NCBI RefSeq assembly: GCF_006345805.1
Contig: NC_043002.1
Span: forward strand, 49,414,001 to 49,478,000
DNA from: Octopus sinensis
Taxonomy: Eukaryota
Direction: 5' to 3'
Length of the DNA: 64,000 nt
Below, piece by piece: positions 1 through 12,700 of this stretch. How positions within the stretch are numbered: position 1 is the first letter of the stretch; each line of letters begins with the position of its first letter. Below the pieces are notes generated by a model. That model ran no database searches. It saw only the letters and a program-made list of their open reading frames with translations, and was not told the origin of the DNA. The position numbers were made by a program, and so were the translations under genes.

Positions 1-27
1 AATAACAGATTATATCATGTTGACATG

Positions 28-420
28 GGCGCAGGAATGGCTGTGTGGTAAGAAGCTTGCTTCCCAACCTCATGCTTCTCAACCTCATGCTTCTGGATTC
101 AGTCTCACTGTATGGCACCGTCTTCTACTATAGCCTCGACCGACCAAAGCCTTGTGAGTGAATTTGGTAGACGGAAACTGAAAGAAACCCATCGTATATA
201 TATCTATGTGTGTGTGTTTGTGATTGTACCCCATCACCGCTTGACAACCGGTGTTGGTGTGTTTACGTCCCCATAATTTAGTGATTCATCAAAAGAAACT
301 GATAGAATAAGTACTGGGCTTTAAAAATTTAAGTCGTGGGATCGATTTGTTCGTGTAAAACCCGCCTCAAGGCGGTGCTCCAGAAAGGTCGCAGTCAAAT
401 GGCCGAACTAAATAAAAGAA
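28..420 (+). mobile_element. tRNA-derived SINE, family A (head GGCGCAGGAGTGGCTGTGTGGTAAG, internal TA/TG microsatellite)
   Basis: A-box/B-box-like head, shared body 'ctactatagcctcg..gaccaaagccttgtgagtg..tttggtagacggaaactgaaagaa' and 3' 'gcggtgctccag..gcagtcaaatg'; more than 10 copies in the window. Confidence 0.85.
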
Positions 421-545
421 TGGTTGTCAGCTGAGCTTATAATTTTCTAATGATAAGATATTTTGTGTTCTATAAACTGCTATTACGCACCAAAATCTTA
501 GCAATACATTAGAATAGAAAAGAACCTTCAGAAATTGGTAAAGAC

Positions 546-690
546 CTCCTTCGGTCATGAACGACCATGGAATCGCACCTTGAAAGTCCCCCTCCGAGGC
601 ACAAGTTCGGGAAAGGTTGTTTATGGAAGACCAGCAGTCGCTCATGCATACCAGCTTCCTCTATCCGCGTTACTAGACAAGAAAATCAAA
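546..690 (-). mobile_element. SINE family B 3' fragment
   Basis: Matches 29575-29893, 35335-35660, 62635-62930 ('cttcggtcatga..gaccatgg..ttgcacct..caaggttgtttatggaagaccagcagtcg'). Confidence 0.75.
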
Positions 691-804
691 AGCATGAGCT
701 TCAAACAACCGTTTTCGGACGTATCGTTCTCTGCAGAAAGAAACACTAATTTCAGGTAACTACGTTGGTTCAAGCTAGCCTCAACCCCTTTCCAAACAAC
801 TTTC

Positions 805-1182
805 TTTCTACAATAGGTATAAGGTCAGAAATTTGTGGAGATTAGTTGACGCTGGTTCTCAACGAGAACTTACTTACACTGAAAACAAAAATGAAAGTCA
901 TTGTCGACATTCGAACCTTGAACGTAAAGAGTCAGAAGAAATACCTATTTCTTTACTGCCCGCAAGAGGCTACACACAGAGGGGACAAACAAGGACAGAC
1001 AAACGCATTAAGTCGATTATATCGACCCCAGTGCGTAACTGGTACTTATTTAATCGACCCCGAAAAGATGAAAGGCAAAGTCGACCTCGGCGGAATTTGA
1101 ACTCTGAACGTAGCGGCAGAAGAAATACCGTAAAGTACTTTGCCCGAGAAGCAAACGATTCCGTAAATCGCTGCCTTCTGAT
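805..1182 (-). mobile_element. SINE family C (head GGCGGCGAGCTGGCAGAA; central 'gtcgactttgcctttcatcctttcggggtcgat'), tandem/partial dimer
   Basis: Reverse complement matches the copies at 12218, 23798 and 50586; contains the junction 'aaagaaataggtatttc'. Confidence 0.8.
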
Positions 1183-2270
1183 ATAACCTATTTAATAATC
1201 AAATTAATACCGATTTCTAACGGCACGAGTCCAACCGTTTTGAGAGAATGGTATTATTGCCGATTAGATTAACATCAGTATTTGATTGATACCTTATTTT
1301 ATTGATGCTAAGAAATAAAAAGCAAATTTAACATCAGCTAGGTTTGAACTGAGAACGTTAGCGGTCATAAGTCGATACTGCAAGGCAATTTGCCCAATGT
1401 TCTAACGTTTCTATCAATCCATCGCTCAAATGAATATGAAGCAGTAGTTATTGTTGCATGACGTATATAGCACCATATGTCAATCTTTCTTATAGAAATA
1501 GCTAGCTTAATTATATAAATGACTGTTTAAAAATAACTTCGGGAATGTTAGCTATGAGTTGCAGATAAGCTCGTTATATTGGAAGAAAACAGCGGATTGT
1601 CAAAATATTGTAAAGCGCCGGGCTAAATGCTTCATAGTAAGCATTGTTTCTCTAGGTTTTGGGTTCATATTCCATCTGAATTATTTTTGCTTTTCAGTCA
1701 ATTAACTGTTGCTTTTGTTGTTCTTGTTGCTGTTGTTATTGTTGTTTAGTTCAAGTCGGTCCTGGGCGTAACCAACTGGATTTTTCCCCACTTCGCGAAT
1801 ATTGTACCATAGGAGGGACATCTTTACATCTTTCGCTCACACACATTAAATCTTTGCAGTATAAATGAGTGTGCTTTTGTGTGTGTGTGTATGTATGTGT
1901 GTGTCTGTGTCTGTCTGTGCCTGTGTGTAAGTTTAGCGTCGATGTAGACAATTGCTATCATTACTTATAAACACACACACCGGTTCAATTTCCACTCATT
2001 TATTCATTTTTTCTAAAATTTTCGTTGCGTCTTGCAACATTTTCAATGATCGTTGATTCTGTCCGTTATCCGAGCAGCTCGGATAAATTTCAGAACAAAT
2101 AAATAAGTAAATGCATGGAAATTGAACCGGTGGGTGTTTTAAATAATAAGGCACTAAAAGAGAATGACCCTCCCCAGAGAGAATAGAATATGCTTCAACA
2201 CGCGAATTCACATGAAGAATCTTGCAAACAAAATCCCAAAACAATATATATATATGTATATATATATATA

Positions 2271-2306
<36 letters not shown>

Positions 2307-2342
2307 GCGTGTGCGTGTGTGTGTGTGTGCGTGTGTGTGTGT

Positions 2343-2653
2343 GTGGAGGTGCAATGGCCCAGTGGTTAGGGCAGCGGACTCGCGGTTGTAGGATCGCGGT
2401 TTCGATTCCCAGACCGGGCGTTGTGAGTGTTTATTGAGCGAAAACACCTAAAGCTCCACGAGACTCCGGCAGGGGGTGGTGGTGATCCCTGCTGTACTCT
2501 TTCGCCACAACTTTCTCTCACTCTTTCTTCTGTTGGCCTTCTCGCTTAGCCAGCGAGGTGGCGTCATTTGGAGGCTAAAACAATGCGAAGCGCATTGTGA
2601 CCAGCGATGTGTAGCAACATCTGATAGCCTGGTCGGTCACGGTGATCACGGTG

Positions 2654-2656
<3 letters not shown>
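2343..2656 (+). mobile_element. tRNA(Arg,TCG)-like SINE family D
   Basis: Head 'ggcccagtggttagggcagcggactcgcggttgtaggatcgcggtttcgattccc' (A box, TCG loop, B box); homologous to 41880-42206 and 63104-63405. Confidence 0.85.
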
Positions 2657-2684
<28 letters not shown>

Positions 2685-2685
2685 A

Positions 2686-2782
<97 letters not shown>
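2657..2782. repeat. (TA)n microsatellite
   Basis: Directly visible. Confidence 0.95.
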
Positions 2783-2783
<1 letters not shown>

Positions 2784-3168
2784 CTTTCATATACATAAAT
2801 GTGTGTGTGTGTTAGTGGATGTAGGGGTTGTGTATACATTTATACGGTAATTATACAACTGAGGTATTGTAGCAACAATAATCGCAAAACCAAAGCTGAA
2901 AGTAAAGGCTACGAACATCGTAAATATTTTTTGAAAGCAAATACATAGATGCATAAAAATTACTACCTAAACCATGCGTGTCTTAATACTCAAGCATACA
3001 TTCTGAACAATGCACTACATTAAATTGCTTAACAGTTCTCACTTGAAAATAGTTCCGAATGTTTTAACATTTGCTCAGCGTTAATGTGCGACATATTTTG
3101 TGTTTATACAACTGTATCTGATTGGCTTTTGTGTGTACACGTACATACGTAATACATACTTAAAAAGA

Positions 3169-3215
<47 letters not shown>

Positions 3216-3714
3216 ATAGCATTCCATCGGTTACGACAATGAGCATTCCAGTTTTCCCTATAGAAAAAGAGATCATATATTGTTTTCATTAGGATATGAT
3301 TCAGCATCGATTTGGTTGCTATATCTTGCAGGTCGACTGACCTACTGTGGCTGCCACACTCCCCATATATCTGTATATCCGACAACCTTGGTGTGTCGCA
3401 AGTAAGTAGATATAAGTCGAGAAGGACGGAATTACAATGCGAATTAGAAAGAGGTTTGACGGAATAGATTTAGAAAGAGGAAGAAAGATCCGTTAAACCT
3501 GCGATCCATGAGCTGAGAAGTCAATAGGCCAAGAAGTCGATAGGCCGAGAACCCTGTAGCTACTATATTTATCCATTACCCCCTTACCACGTAATGCTCA
3601 GAAGAACACAGCTATCATATCGCCATATCCATCACAATTGCATATTGTTATTAAATAGCAGCGTGGTTGCACTTTCTAATGTCCGCCATTTTGTTTTATT
3701 GAGAATCATGTTTC

Positions 3715-3908
3715 TTGTATTATAGTGGGGCTTGTTTATGGATGTATGTGTGTGTGTATGTGTGTATGAGTGTGTGTGTGTGTGTGTATGTGTGTTGTGT
3801 GAGTGTCTGTTTGTGTGATGGCGTGTGCATGAGTGTATATATTTTTCACTTGCAAATTGTTATTTCAAGTGTATACTGTTTAATGTGGTTTGTATTAAAC
3901 ATTTTAGC

Positions 3909-3970
<62 letters not shown>

Positions 3971-4003
3971 CATAGCTATATATATATATATATATATACA
4001 TAG

Positions 4004-4062
<59 letters not shown>

Positions 4063-4347
4063 CATATACATATACATATACATATATATATACATGTACT
4101 ATGGGTATATGTGTGTGTATGTATATATATATATGTGTGTATACACACATACACGTGTGCACACACATGCTCACAAGCATATATATATATTTATATCTAT
4201 ATCTAAATATATATAAATATACAAACATATATATATATATATATAATATATATATATATATAGAGAGAGAGGAGAGAGAGAGAGAGAGACATATACATAT
4301 ATGTTCATACCCACATACGTACATACATACATACATACATACATACA

Positions 4348-4381
<34 letters not shown>

Positions 4382-4420
4382 CATACATATATACACACGT
4401 ACATATATGCGAATATGTAT
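3715..4420. repeat. Compound (TG)n/(TA)n/(GA)n/(ATAC)n microsatellite block
   Basis: Directly visible. Confidence 0.95.
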
Positions 4421-4641
4421 GTGAGTGGCCGGGATGGGGTTGCGTAATGGTTATCGAAGTTCGATTGCTGACCCGTGATTCTTATCCGTTAAAGACAGAA
4501 TATAGACACAGAAGGACCAGAGTAGATTTGAAGACCGTGTGTGAAGCAGGTTTATTGTGCAGTCATATTAACGAAAATAGAACTGTAAAAACCTATCAAT
4601 AAAGCAATCGTTTAGTTATTTATTGATGTTTGCAACTCTTA

Positions 4642-4644
<3 letters not shown>

Positions 4645-4695
<51 letters not shown>

Positions 4696-4737
4696 CTGTC
4701 GGTGTATCGATCTGATGTATCTATCTGTCTATCTCTG

Positions 4738-4796
<59 letters not shown>

Positions 4797-4824
4797 ATCT
4801 ATCTATCTATCAATCTGTTTATCA

Positions 4825-4855
<31 letters not shown>

Positions 4856-4931
4856 ATTCTTTCTCTCTCTCTCTACATACATAATATATATATATATATA
4901 TACGTATGTATGTATGTATGTATGTATGTAG

Positions 4932-4962
<31 letters not shown>

Positions 4963-5100
4963 GTGTGTATGTACGTATGTATGTATGTATGTACGTGTGT
5001 ATGTATGCAAGTATTTAGGTATGCATGTATGTATATGTATGTCTGCGTGTATGCGTATATCTGTCTATCTCTTTATAAGTCTATGCATATCTATCTATCT
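4645..5100. repeat. Compound (CT)n/(TATC)n/(TATG)n block
   Basis: Directly visible. Confidence 0.95.
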
Positions 5101-5279
5101 ATCATCCTCTTGCGTTTCTTCTCTGCCAATACCAAAGTTATCTGGCAGCATTGATGTCATCCAGGAATTACTAATAATATCCATCATAACTCATGCGAGG
5201 TGACATGACAAATGAAACGCCGAACAGAGCTAACACAATTTGACCGTTAATTTATGGAATTTTCTGTGAAATGATGATT

Positions 5280-5693
5280 ATACGATGGCGGCGATGACGA
5301 CGACAACGACGAAGAAGAAGGAAAAGAAGAAATGGAAGTGGAGAAAGAAACTGGAGAAGAATAAGGGTAGAAGGAGAAGAACGTTGCTGTTGCTGATGCT
5401 GATGATGATAGTAATGATGATGATGATTATGATGATGATGATGATGATGATTACAATAGGGATGTTTATGAAGATGATTAGACTAATAATGGTGGTAGTG
5501 ATGATGATGATGATGATGATGAATGAATGAAGAGATGGAAGTTGGTGTGGTGGTGGTTGTGGTGGTGGTGGTGGTGGTGGTGGTGGTGGTAGTGGCGGCG
5601 ATGGTGGCGGCGTTAGCTGCGCTGGCGTTGGCGGCAGTGGAGGCGGTTTTGCCAATTATGACAGATAGATTATATGAGAAGAATGGATGGGTA

Positions 5694-5731
<38 letters not shown>

Positions 5732-5774
5732 TATGTACTTGAATATATATATGTTTGTGTGTGTGTGTGTGTGT

Positions 5775-5815
<41 letters not shown>

Positions 5816-6048
5816 TGTATATAGATGTATGTGTATGTATTATATATCTGAGAGCGAGAAAGTAAAGACAGACAGGGAGACAAACAGACACACAGACAGT
5901 TTTATATATATATATACATACATACAAAGATACATATATACACACACATATACATATATATATAGAAAGAGAGGAAGAGAAACAGATAGGAGAGATGAAT
6001 TTGAAATATAATGTTGATGAATTATCATTATTAATATCATGGTCATGC

Positions 6049-6097
<49 letters not shown>

Positions 6098-6329
6098 ACA
6101 GCAGCAGCAGTAGCAGAGTAGCAGCAGCGGTGGCAGTGGAACTATCGATGATAGTGGCGGTGGAGGTGACTGTCGGTGGTAGTAACGGCGGCACTTGTCG
6201 GTGGATGGCTTCGATGTGGCAGTGTTGTTGTTGTTGTTGATGTTGTTGTTTTTGTTTTTGTTGCCGTTCTTGTTACTGCTACTGATTGTGATGATGACGA
6301 CGACAACGACAATGATGCTGCTGCTGCGA

Positions 6330-6396
<67 letters not shown>

Positions 6397-6401
6397 CGAT
6401 G

Positions 6402-6435
<34 letters not shown>

Positions 6436-6446
6436 TGATGTGGTGG

Positions 6447-6506
<60 letters not shown>

Positions 6507-6660
6507 CGATGACGACCACAACTGCGACAATGATGATGATGATGATGATTTGATAGTGATTATAGTGGTCGTGGTGCCGGTGGTGGCGTGGCGTTGAAGA
6601 CCAGTAACACCAACATCTGCAAGAACAATGACGACATCGACGTTGATGACGGTGATGACG
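5280..6660. repeat. Compound trinucleotide block (GAT/GGT/GTA/GCA/GTT/GCT) with central (TG)n/(TA)n
   Basis: Directly visible; source of the poly-M/V/S/H ORFs in the track. Confidence 0.9.
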
Positions 6661-6962
6661 ATACAAAAAGCTAATATCTAACGATTTATCGAATCGGTAA
6701 GGAAGGAGAAACAAACGATTTCTCGCATTGCACACAGTACATATAGCTAATGTAGTGTTTGTTCAAACTGTTATTGTTTATTAACCCCAGGCCAGATGTT
6801 TCAGCTGTGGGCGGGTCAAGTGACTACGGAGAGGCTCGTTTGGTATCTAGTATGGTGTTGTTTAATCCAAGAGCAGACCTATTTTGTTTACTCACTCAAA
6901 ATGTGTGTGTGTATGTGTGTGTGTGTTTGTGCGTATACTGAGACGTGTATACATATACATTC

Positions 6963-6993
<31 letters not shown>

Positions 6994-7323
6994 ATATAAT
7001 ATATATATATATATTATATATATATATATATACATATATATGTGTATATATATATGCATATATGTGTGTGTGTGTGTGTGTGTACATGAATGTATGTATT
7101 TTTCGGTCTCGCGTGAGGAAAGGAAAGATGGACGAAGGACACGTGTGATCAATGAGAGTAAAAGAGAGAGGGAGAGAGAGGAGAGAGAGAGAAAATGAAA
7201 AGGAGAGAGAGAAAACAGTAAAGGATATAGTCGCATCAAATATATTAAGATAACTTACATGGAAATGGATGCGTGGCGTTCAGTCAAATAATGATATAAA
7301 CTAAACTATATATATATACGTAC

Positions 7324-7451
<128 letters not shown>

Positions 7452-7734
7452 GGCATGCATATCTGAGTACAGAACGTCATAAAACGTAAACAACATGAAA
7501 TACGAAAATAAAGTTGCATACGCAAAGAAAGACAGAAACAAATGTATAAGACTTTGAAAGCAGTTGTTGCCAGGAACCAAAATAAATTTGGGATTTGCGG
7601 CGGGTCAAAGTTGGTAACAAAAACAGGACATGCAACAAACCAAACCAAACGTAGACAAACAGGGAGGGCCGTTAGGTCAAGAGAGGTAAATTAGCGAATG
7701 CTGGAAGAAAATTCTTTGATAAGAAAAAAGATAG

Positions 7735-8017
7735 AAGAGGAGACATGTTTCCAAAGGTGACTTATTCAAATGCCGAAGAATTCTTCCCAACACATGGCTA
7801 TGATGCGCTCCCACTACTTCTGCTCGTGATCAGAGATGCACATATCGTCAGCCACTAAGGGTCATGCTCGAATGGTTAAGGTCAAACAACTTACAAACAA
7901 ATGTGTGGTACTGAGCAGAATATTTGCAGTAGCTCATCTTTTACACTAAGACAAACCATGTACATGATAACACTTCCAATCAGTTAAGATCAGAAGCCAT
8001 GAGAGCCAATGCCTGGA
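7735..8017 (-). mobile_element. Unclassified interspersed repeat (TAA-flanked family), partial copy
   Basis: 'ctgctcgtgatcagagatgcacatatcgtcagccactaag' core shared with 19148-19520 and, reverse-complemented, 33990-34448. Confidence 0.75.
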
Positions 8018-8412
8018 TTGTTATTGTTGTTGTATATCAACCTTTGAAAAAGAAGTTTCAGCTCTGACAGTTCCATCTATTTCTTGCAGGTTGTGTGAGT
8101 ACGGAAAGGCTCCTTTGGTGTTGTAATTATTGCCCTAATCAAGCAAACCTGTTATCAAAAACAATCTGGACATGACTATTCCGCCTTTTTTTATTTCTTG
8201 AATTTAACAACTATATCTTCTCTACTTATGACTATATTTCTTTTTCTAAGGCGGTGAGATATAATTTGGGTAAAATGTGTTTGCTGTTTCTAGGAAGTCA
8301 AATAACCTCACAGCGTCGTACGTAAGTGCAGGGGCAAGATATTTATGTCTGCTCATTAGCACATGGTTCTGAATTCAAATAATGCAGTGATTTGTTAATA
8401 ATAATAATAATG

Positions 8413-8452
<40 letters not shown>

Positions 8453-8469
8453 CAACAACAACAACAACA

Positions 8470-8681
8470 ATAACAACAACAACAACAACAACAACATCGA
8501 AAAATACCTTAGGAATGAGAACCCAGATTCGAAATTTCCCCAAGACACCTGATGAAGGCTGGAGGGTATATCAGCTGAAACGTTGTGATAACAACAAACA
8601 AGATGAGGACAAATATCCGTCAAATGTAAATAATGTAAATAATGTACATAATTCCTCATCTCTTAAATATAGAACTGAGAT
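8470..8681 (+). mobile_element. Penelope-like element terminal repeat (pLTR): ORF end plus hammerhead
   Basis: Short open tail NNIEKYLRNENPDSKFPQDT* whose TGA overlaps CTGATGA, followed by stem II and GAAACGTT; typical PLE pLTR layout. Confidence 0.7.
8544..8589 (+). ncRNA. Minimal type I hammerhead ribozyme motif (canonical core, extra A after A9)
   Basis: gacac-CTGATGA-a-ggctg(gagggtatat)cagct-GAAA-CG-TT-gtgat; stem I cac/gtg, stem II 5 bp with one G-U, palindromic AACGTT stem III, GUU cleavage triplet ending at 8584. Confidence 0.7.
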
Positions 8682-10290
8682 TTTCTTATCTTGCAATTCA
8701 TATATGCATTAACCCCCGATTCCTTCTTATTCTTGAATGTTTTGGCTGCTCTCTTTTCAATTATTTCATAAGTATATGAATGAAGATCTCCGCAATTTGC
8801 TACCTGCATTATTTCTTCTTCTGATGTGAATTTCGCTTTGTTAAAAGTCTCTTTCAGATTTGGTGGTTGTGTTCGGCTGTTAATAATTCGGAATGTTTAA
8901 TTGCTTTTATGAAATTTGATGATTGATGTAGAATTGAAAGGTATCGTTTGGCCGAATGTATGGTGTTATGGTTTCTAAGATGACGGGTGACTACACTTTG
9001 AATATTTTTGTATTTCTGTTTTTGTCTTTGCCTTCATTGTGATGGTTTCTCCGTAAGACAGAGATTATGATCTCTTTTGCCTTCATAATAACATAATTTA
9101 CTAAGATTTGGCGTGTATTTTTGTTTTTGAAGAAATATATTTTTTCCTACCAGTCGTTTCACTCCTCTAATTATGTCCGTAGTTATTGAACATATACGCT
9201 TTGTCATATTTAATAGGATGTTCCTGGTAATGTGGAATGAGTAGCAAGATCTAAAATCTAAATATTGGGGTGTATGTGCGTGCCCTTACAGTAGACGACC
9301 GTTGTAACCATCCCATTTTCTTTAATTAACATAATGTTCAAAAAAGGAAGTTTCTTTTTATTCATATCCATGGGGAACTGAATCGATTCATGAATGCTAT
9401 TTACTAATTTAAGAAATCTTGTAGGTTGTTCTTCACCTTCGTTCCAAAATATGAAGTCATCCAAGAATATTTTCCAGTTTCCTTTTAAATAAAACTGGAA
9501 ATGCTGAACAAAAGTAATTACGGAAAGGACAGATTTTTTCTCCACTGAATCTCGTTACAGGTGTTGTAATCGTTGGAGCAACTTCAGTTACCATTCTTGT
9601 ACCTTGTATTTGTAAGAATTATTGGCTATCAACGAAGTACTTATTTTCTAGCACTAATCCTAATCTTTCAAGTATAATTTCTTTTGGAAATCTCTTCTGA
9701 ATTCTGTGTGAGCATTTGTCTATCTAGAATTTGGCTGCTTCTAATCTTGTCCGTGGGTGATATTTACGTAGAGGTGATATTTATTTCACGTCGAAACTAA
9801 CCCGGCTCGTATCTTTATGGGATGTAATTTAGGAAGTCCAAGACAACTGGGTTGAAACTTGAAGCCAATTTGCGTAATAGTTTTTAAATTATGTCAAATA
9901 AATTGCTTAATTGCTTGATGTTGGTCCTGCAAAGATTGTAGGAAATTTTAAATCAAGCGTTTCGGGGATCTTTACATATAGAGTCTGGAAGATTTTTAAA
10001 ACTGTTACATATTTCTATAGATTTATGAATTTACGATGGCCCATAAAAGTTACTTGTTTTTCCCTAAAAAAATTGTGAGGTAATCCACCACCTTTTCCAT
10101 TAAACTGCTTTTTAATTTATTCGTTAAATTATCAATTTTTTTCATTACTTATTTATCTGCATCGGTTTCTAAATTATCGGAGAAACGTTGGTCATTTAAC
10201 AGTTCTAAGATCGTTTCCCTGTATTAGCGCTTCTTCATTATTAAATGGCTCATCCTTTGTCAGCTTCTTAAATGACTATATATTTATAGT
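8682..10290 (-). mobile_element. Penelope-like element RT (decayed), ending at the start of the GIY-YIG domain
   Basis: Manual translation across frameshifts: IVI.EADKG.AI.IM, TSNFYGPS.IHKS, VSFDV, LQIQGT.M.T.VAPT, WKIFLDDFIFWNEG..FL..VNSIHESIQF..LPFLNI, TQPPNLK.LLTKAKF, N..MNCK..NL. Confidence 0.85.
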
Positions 10291-10621
10291 GGCACCAAGG
10301 AGTAAATTTGCTTTTTCAACAAATATAGAAACTTTTGTACAATTATCGTATTATACAAGTCACAAAAGGTCAGACAATAACTATTTTCAAGAGAGCATAA
10401 AAAGCCGCATGCTCTTAGCAGTAAGAGGAGTAAAGAAGTTTGTAATCTTGGTACTTCTCCTAAAATCATTAACGATATCAGCAAAATGTATCTACCATGT
10501 ATCAAAACCGTGAAGTCGCCTACAGGCGAACGCTATTAAATCATACCATGCGGCAAATGAATTTATTTATTCTGTATAGGAAAATTGTTGTAACTGTGTG
10601 GTAAGAATGGGCGAAGATGCG

Positions 10622-10771
10622 AGTGTGTGGTAAGAAGTTTGTTCACAACCTTGTGATTTAGGGTTCAATCTAACTGCGTGGTACCTTGGGCATGTGTCTT
10701 CTACTTAAGTCCCAGGCCGACTAAAGCCCTGTAAGTGGATTTGGTGGACGGAAACTGAAAGAATCCCGTCG

Positions 10772-10839
<68 letters not shown>

Positions 10840-11108
10840 TTGTGTGTGCGTGTGTGTATTTGTGTGTGTGTGTGTGTGTATGTATGTGTGAGTCTTTGTG
10901 TTTGTATTTGTGGCCACCGTTGCTTGACAACCGCTGTTGGTTTGTTTACGTTATGGTAACTTAATGGTTCGTCAAAAGAGACCGTAAGAACAAGTATCCG
11001 ACTTCAAAAAAAGTTATTACTGCGGTCAATTTGTTTGACTAAAACCCTTCAAAAATGGTGGTTCAACATGGCTGCAGTCCAATGACTGAAACAAGTAAAC
11101 GCTAAAAG
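10622..11108 (+). mobile_element. SINE family A
   Basis: Head, body, internal TA/TG repeat and 3' end match 54251-54652. Confidence 0.85.
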
Positions 11109-12217
11109 ATACTTGATTCATGGTCAAGCTTAAAAGCACCAGCTGGTCCTTGTCCTTGTCCGCTCAATTGCAAGTATTCGAATCAGGACTCAGTGCCAAA
11201 ATATCTAATGAATTATATTTTATCCTCCATACGCCCCCAGTCAGTCTCAAAAGTTTATAAAAGATCATGAACGCTACTATCCACCTCTAAACGAACCAGA
11301 AAACATCATTAAATAAACTCAGTTTTTCAGTTAGATACCAGATTTGTTGTACGGTGCACTAAACAATTATTGTTGAGTACTTATTGTTCAACTTACAACG
11401 CCAAATAGGAAAAAGAAATCAGATGTCGTCCGAGCCGGCAGTATAGAATCTTGAAGGACAGATTAGGATCTTGACCATATCACAAATGAAAGACTCTAAT
11501 AAAGATAACCACTACACACATCAAGCAAACAACCATGAACATCACACAACATAAAGCATCAAGTCAGCACATATGCTCAGTTATCTCTTACTGCAATCCG
11601 CAAATATAACATTGCATATAAAAAACTATACATTCCTTTTAGTAAAGCAAAATTGAACGACTGTTAATCTCCTCAATCTTGTGGGGAAGGATAGCAAAAG
11701 TCATGGGAACTTCTCTTCCTTTGACTAAGTTATAACGAATATAATCGATTCGCTATTATCTCTAGCGGTCGAGCGTCCATCACCGACATGGTCAAGGAAG
11801 ATCAAAATCACGTGATCTAGTGGATTCGGCGCTGGAGTTGGTGGGGATTTATCTCTCCGCTGGCGATATAAACAAGCAAGCGTGCATTCTGCACCAAAGT
11901 CCATATGAAAGTTTCTTTCATGGTATCTACGGCAGTAAAGTTTGACCTAACAGAACATCCAGGATTAAGTGGAAATGAATATTACCTTTCAGTATTAATA
12001 TTGCCTCTGTCTCTAATACATAATAACAAAAGTAGAGCAGAATCGTCATACTTCATTGATCAAATAATTCTCATTGACCATCATTGAATTTTTGTCTCTT
12101 TGCTCTTTCTTTTGTTCCACCACTCATATTTTTTATCCCATATGTAATCTACAGCGGTGCATAATGATTTCTTTTCATGCACATGAAATTTGCATTATGA
12201 TGTATTACAAAAGTCGG

Positions 12218-12700
12218 TGAGCTGACAGAATCCTTAGCACTCCGGGCGAAATGTGTAACCGTATTTTGTCTGCCTTTACGTTCTGAGTTCAAATTCCGCC
12301 AAGGTCGACTTTGCCTTTCATCCTTTCATCCTTACGCACTGGGGTCGATATAATCGACTTAATCCGTTTGTCTGTCCTCGTTTGTCCCCTCTGTGTTTAG
12401 CTCCTTGTGGGTAGTAAAGAAATAGGCATTTCGTCTGCCGCTACCTTCTGAGCTCAAATTCCGCCGAGATCGACTTTGCCTTTCATCCTTTCGGGAGTCG
12501 ATTAAATAAGTACCAGTTACGCACTGGGGTCGATATAATCGACTTAATCCGTTTGTCTGTCCTTGTTTGTCTCCTCTGTGTTTAGCCCCTTGTGTTTCAT
12601 CCTTTAGGGGTCGGTAAAATAAGTACCAGTTGAGTACTGGGAATCTATGTAATCGACCTACCCCTTGCTCGGAATTGCTGGCCTTGTGTCAAAATATGAA
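12218..12700 (+). mobile_element. SINE family C tandem (2-3 partial units)
   Basis: Two near-identical 'ttacgcactggggtcgatataatcgacttaatccgtttgtctgtcct' units joined by 'aaagaaataggcatttcgtctg', plus a third partial unit. Confidence 0.85.

Noticed and set aside
3825-4424. 199-aa YI-repeat ORF and many similar YI/CV/HT/YLSI ORFs across the window
   Set aside because: Di- and tetranucleotide microsatellites lack stop codons in some frames
5278-6735. Long ORFs rich in poly-M/V/S/H/I/L
   Set aside because: They are translations of compound trinucleotide microsatellites, open in several frames and on both strands, with no domain content
6782-6890. Weakly similar segments at 8090-8330, 42245-42420 and 51855-52050
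   Set aside because: Probably one old repeat family, but too degenerate to delimit or classify by eye
12218-12700. Repeated units resembling a CRISPR array
   Set aside because: Tandem SINE bodies in eukaryotic DNA; no short repeat/unique spacer periodicity and no cas genes
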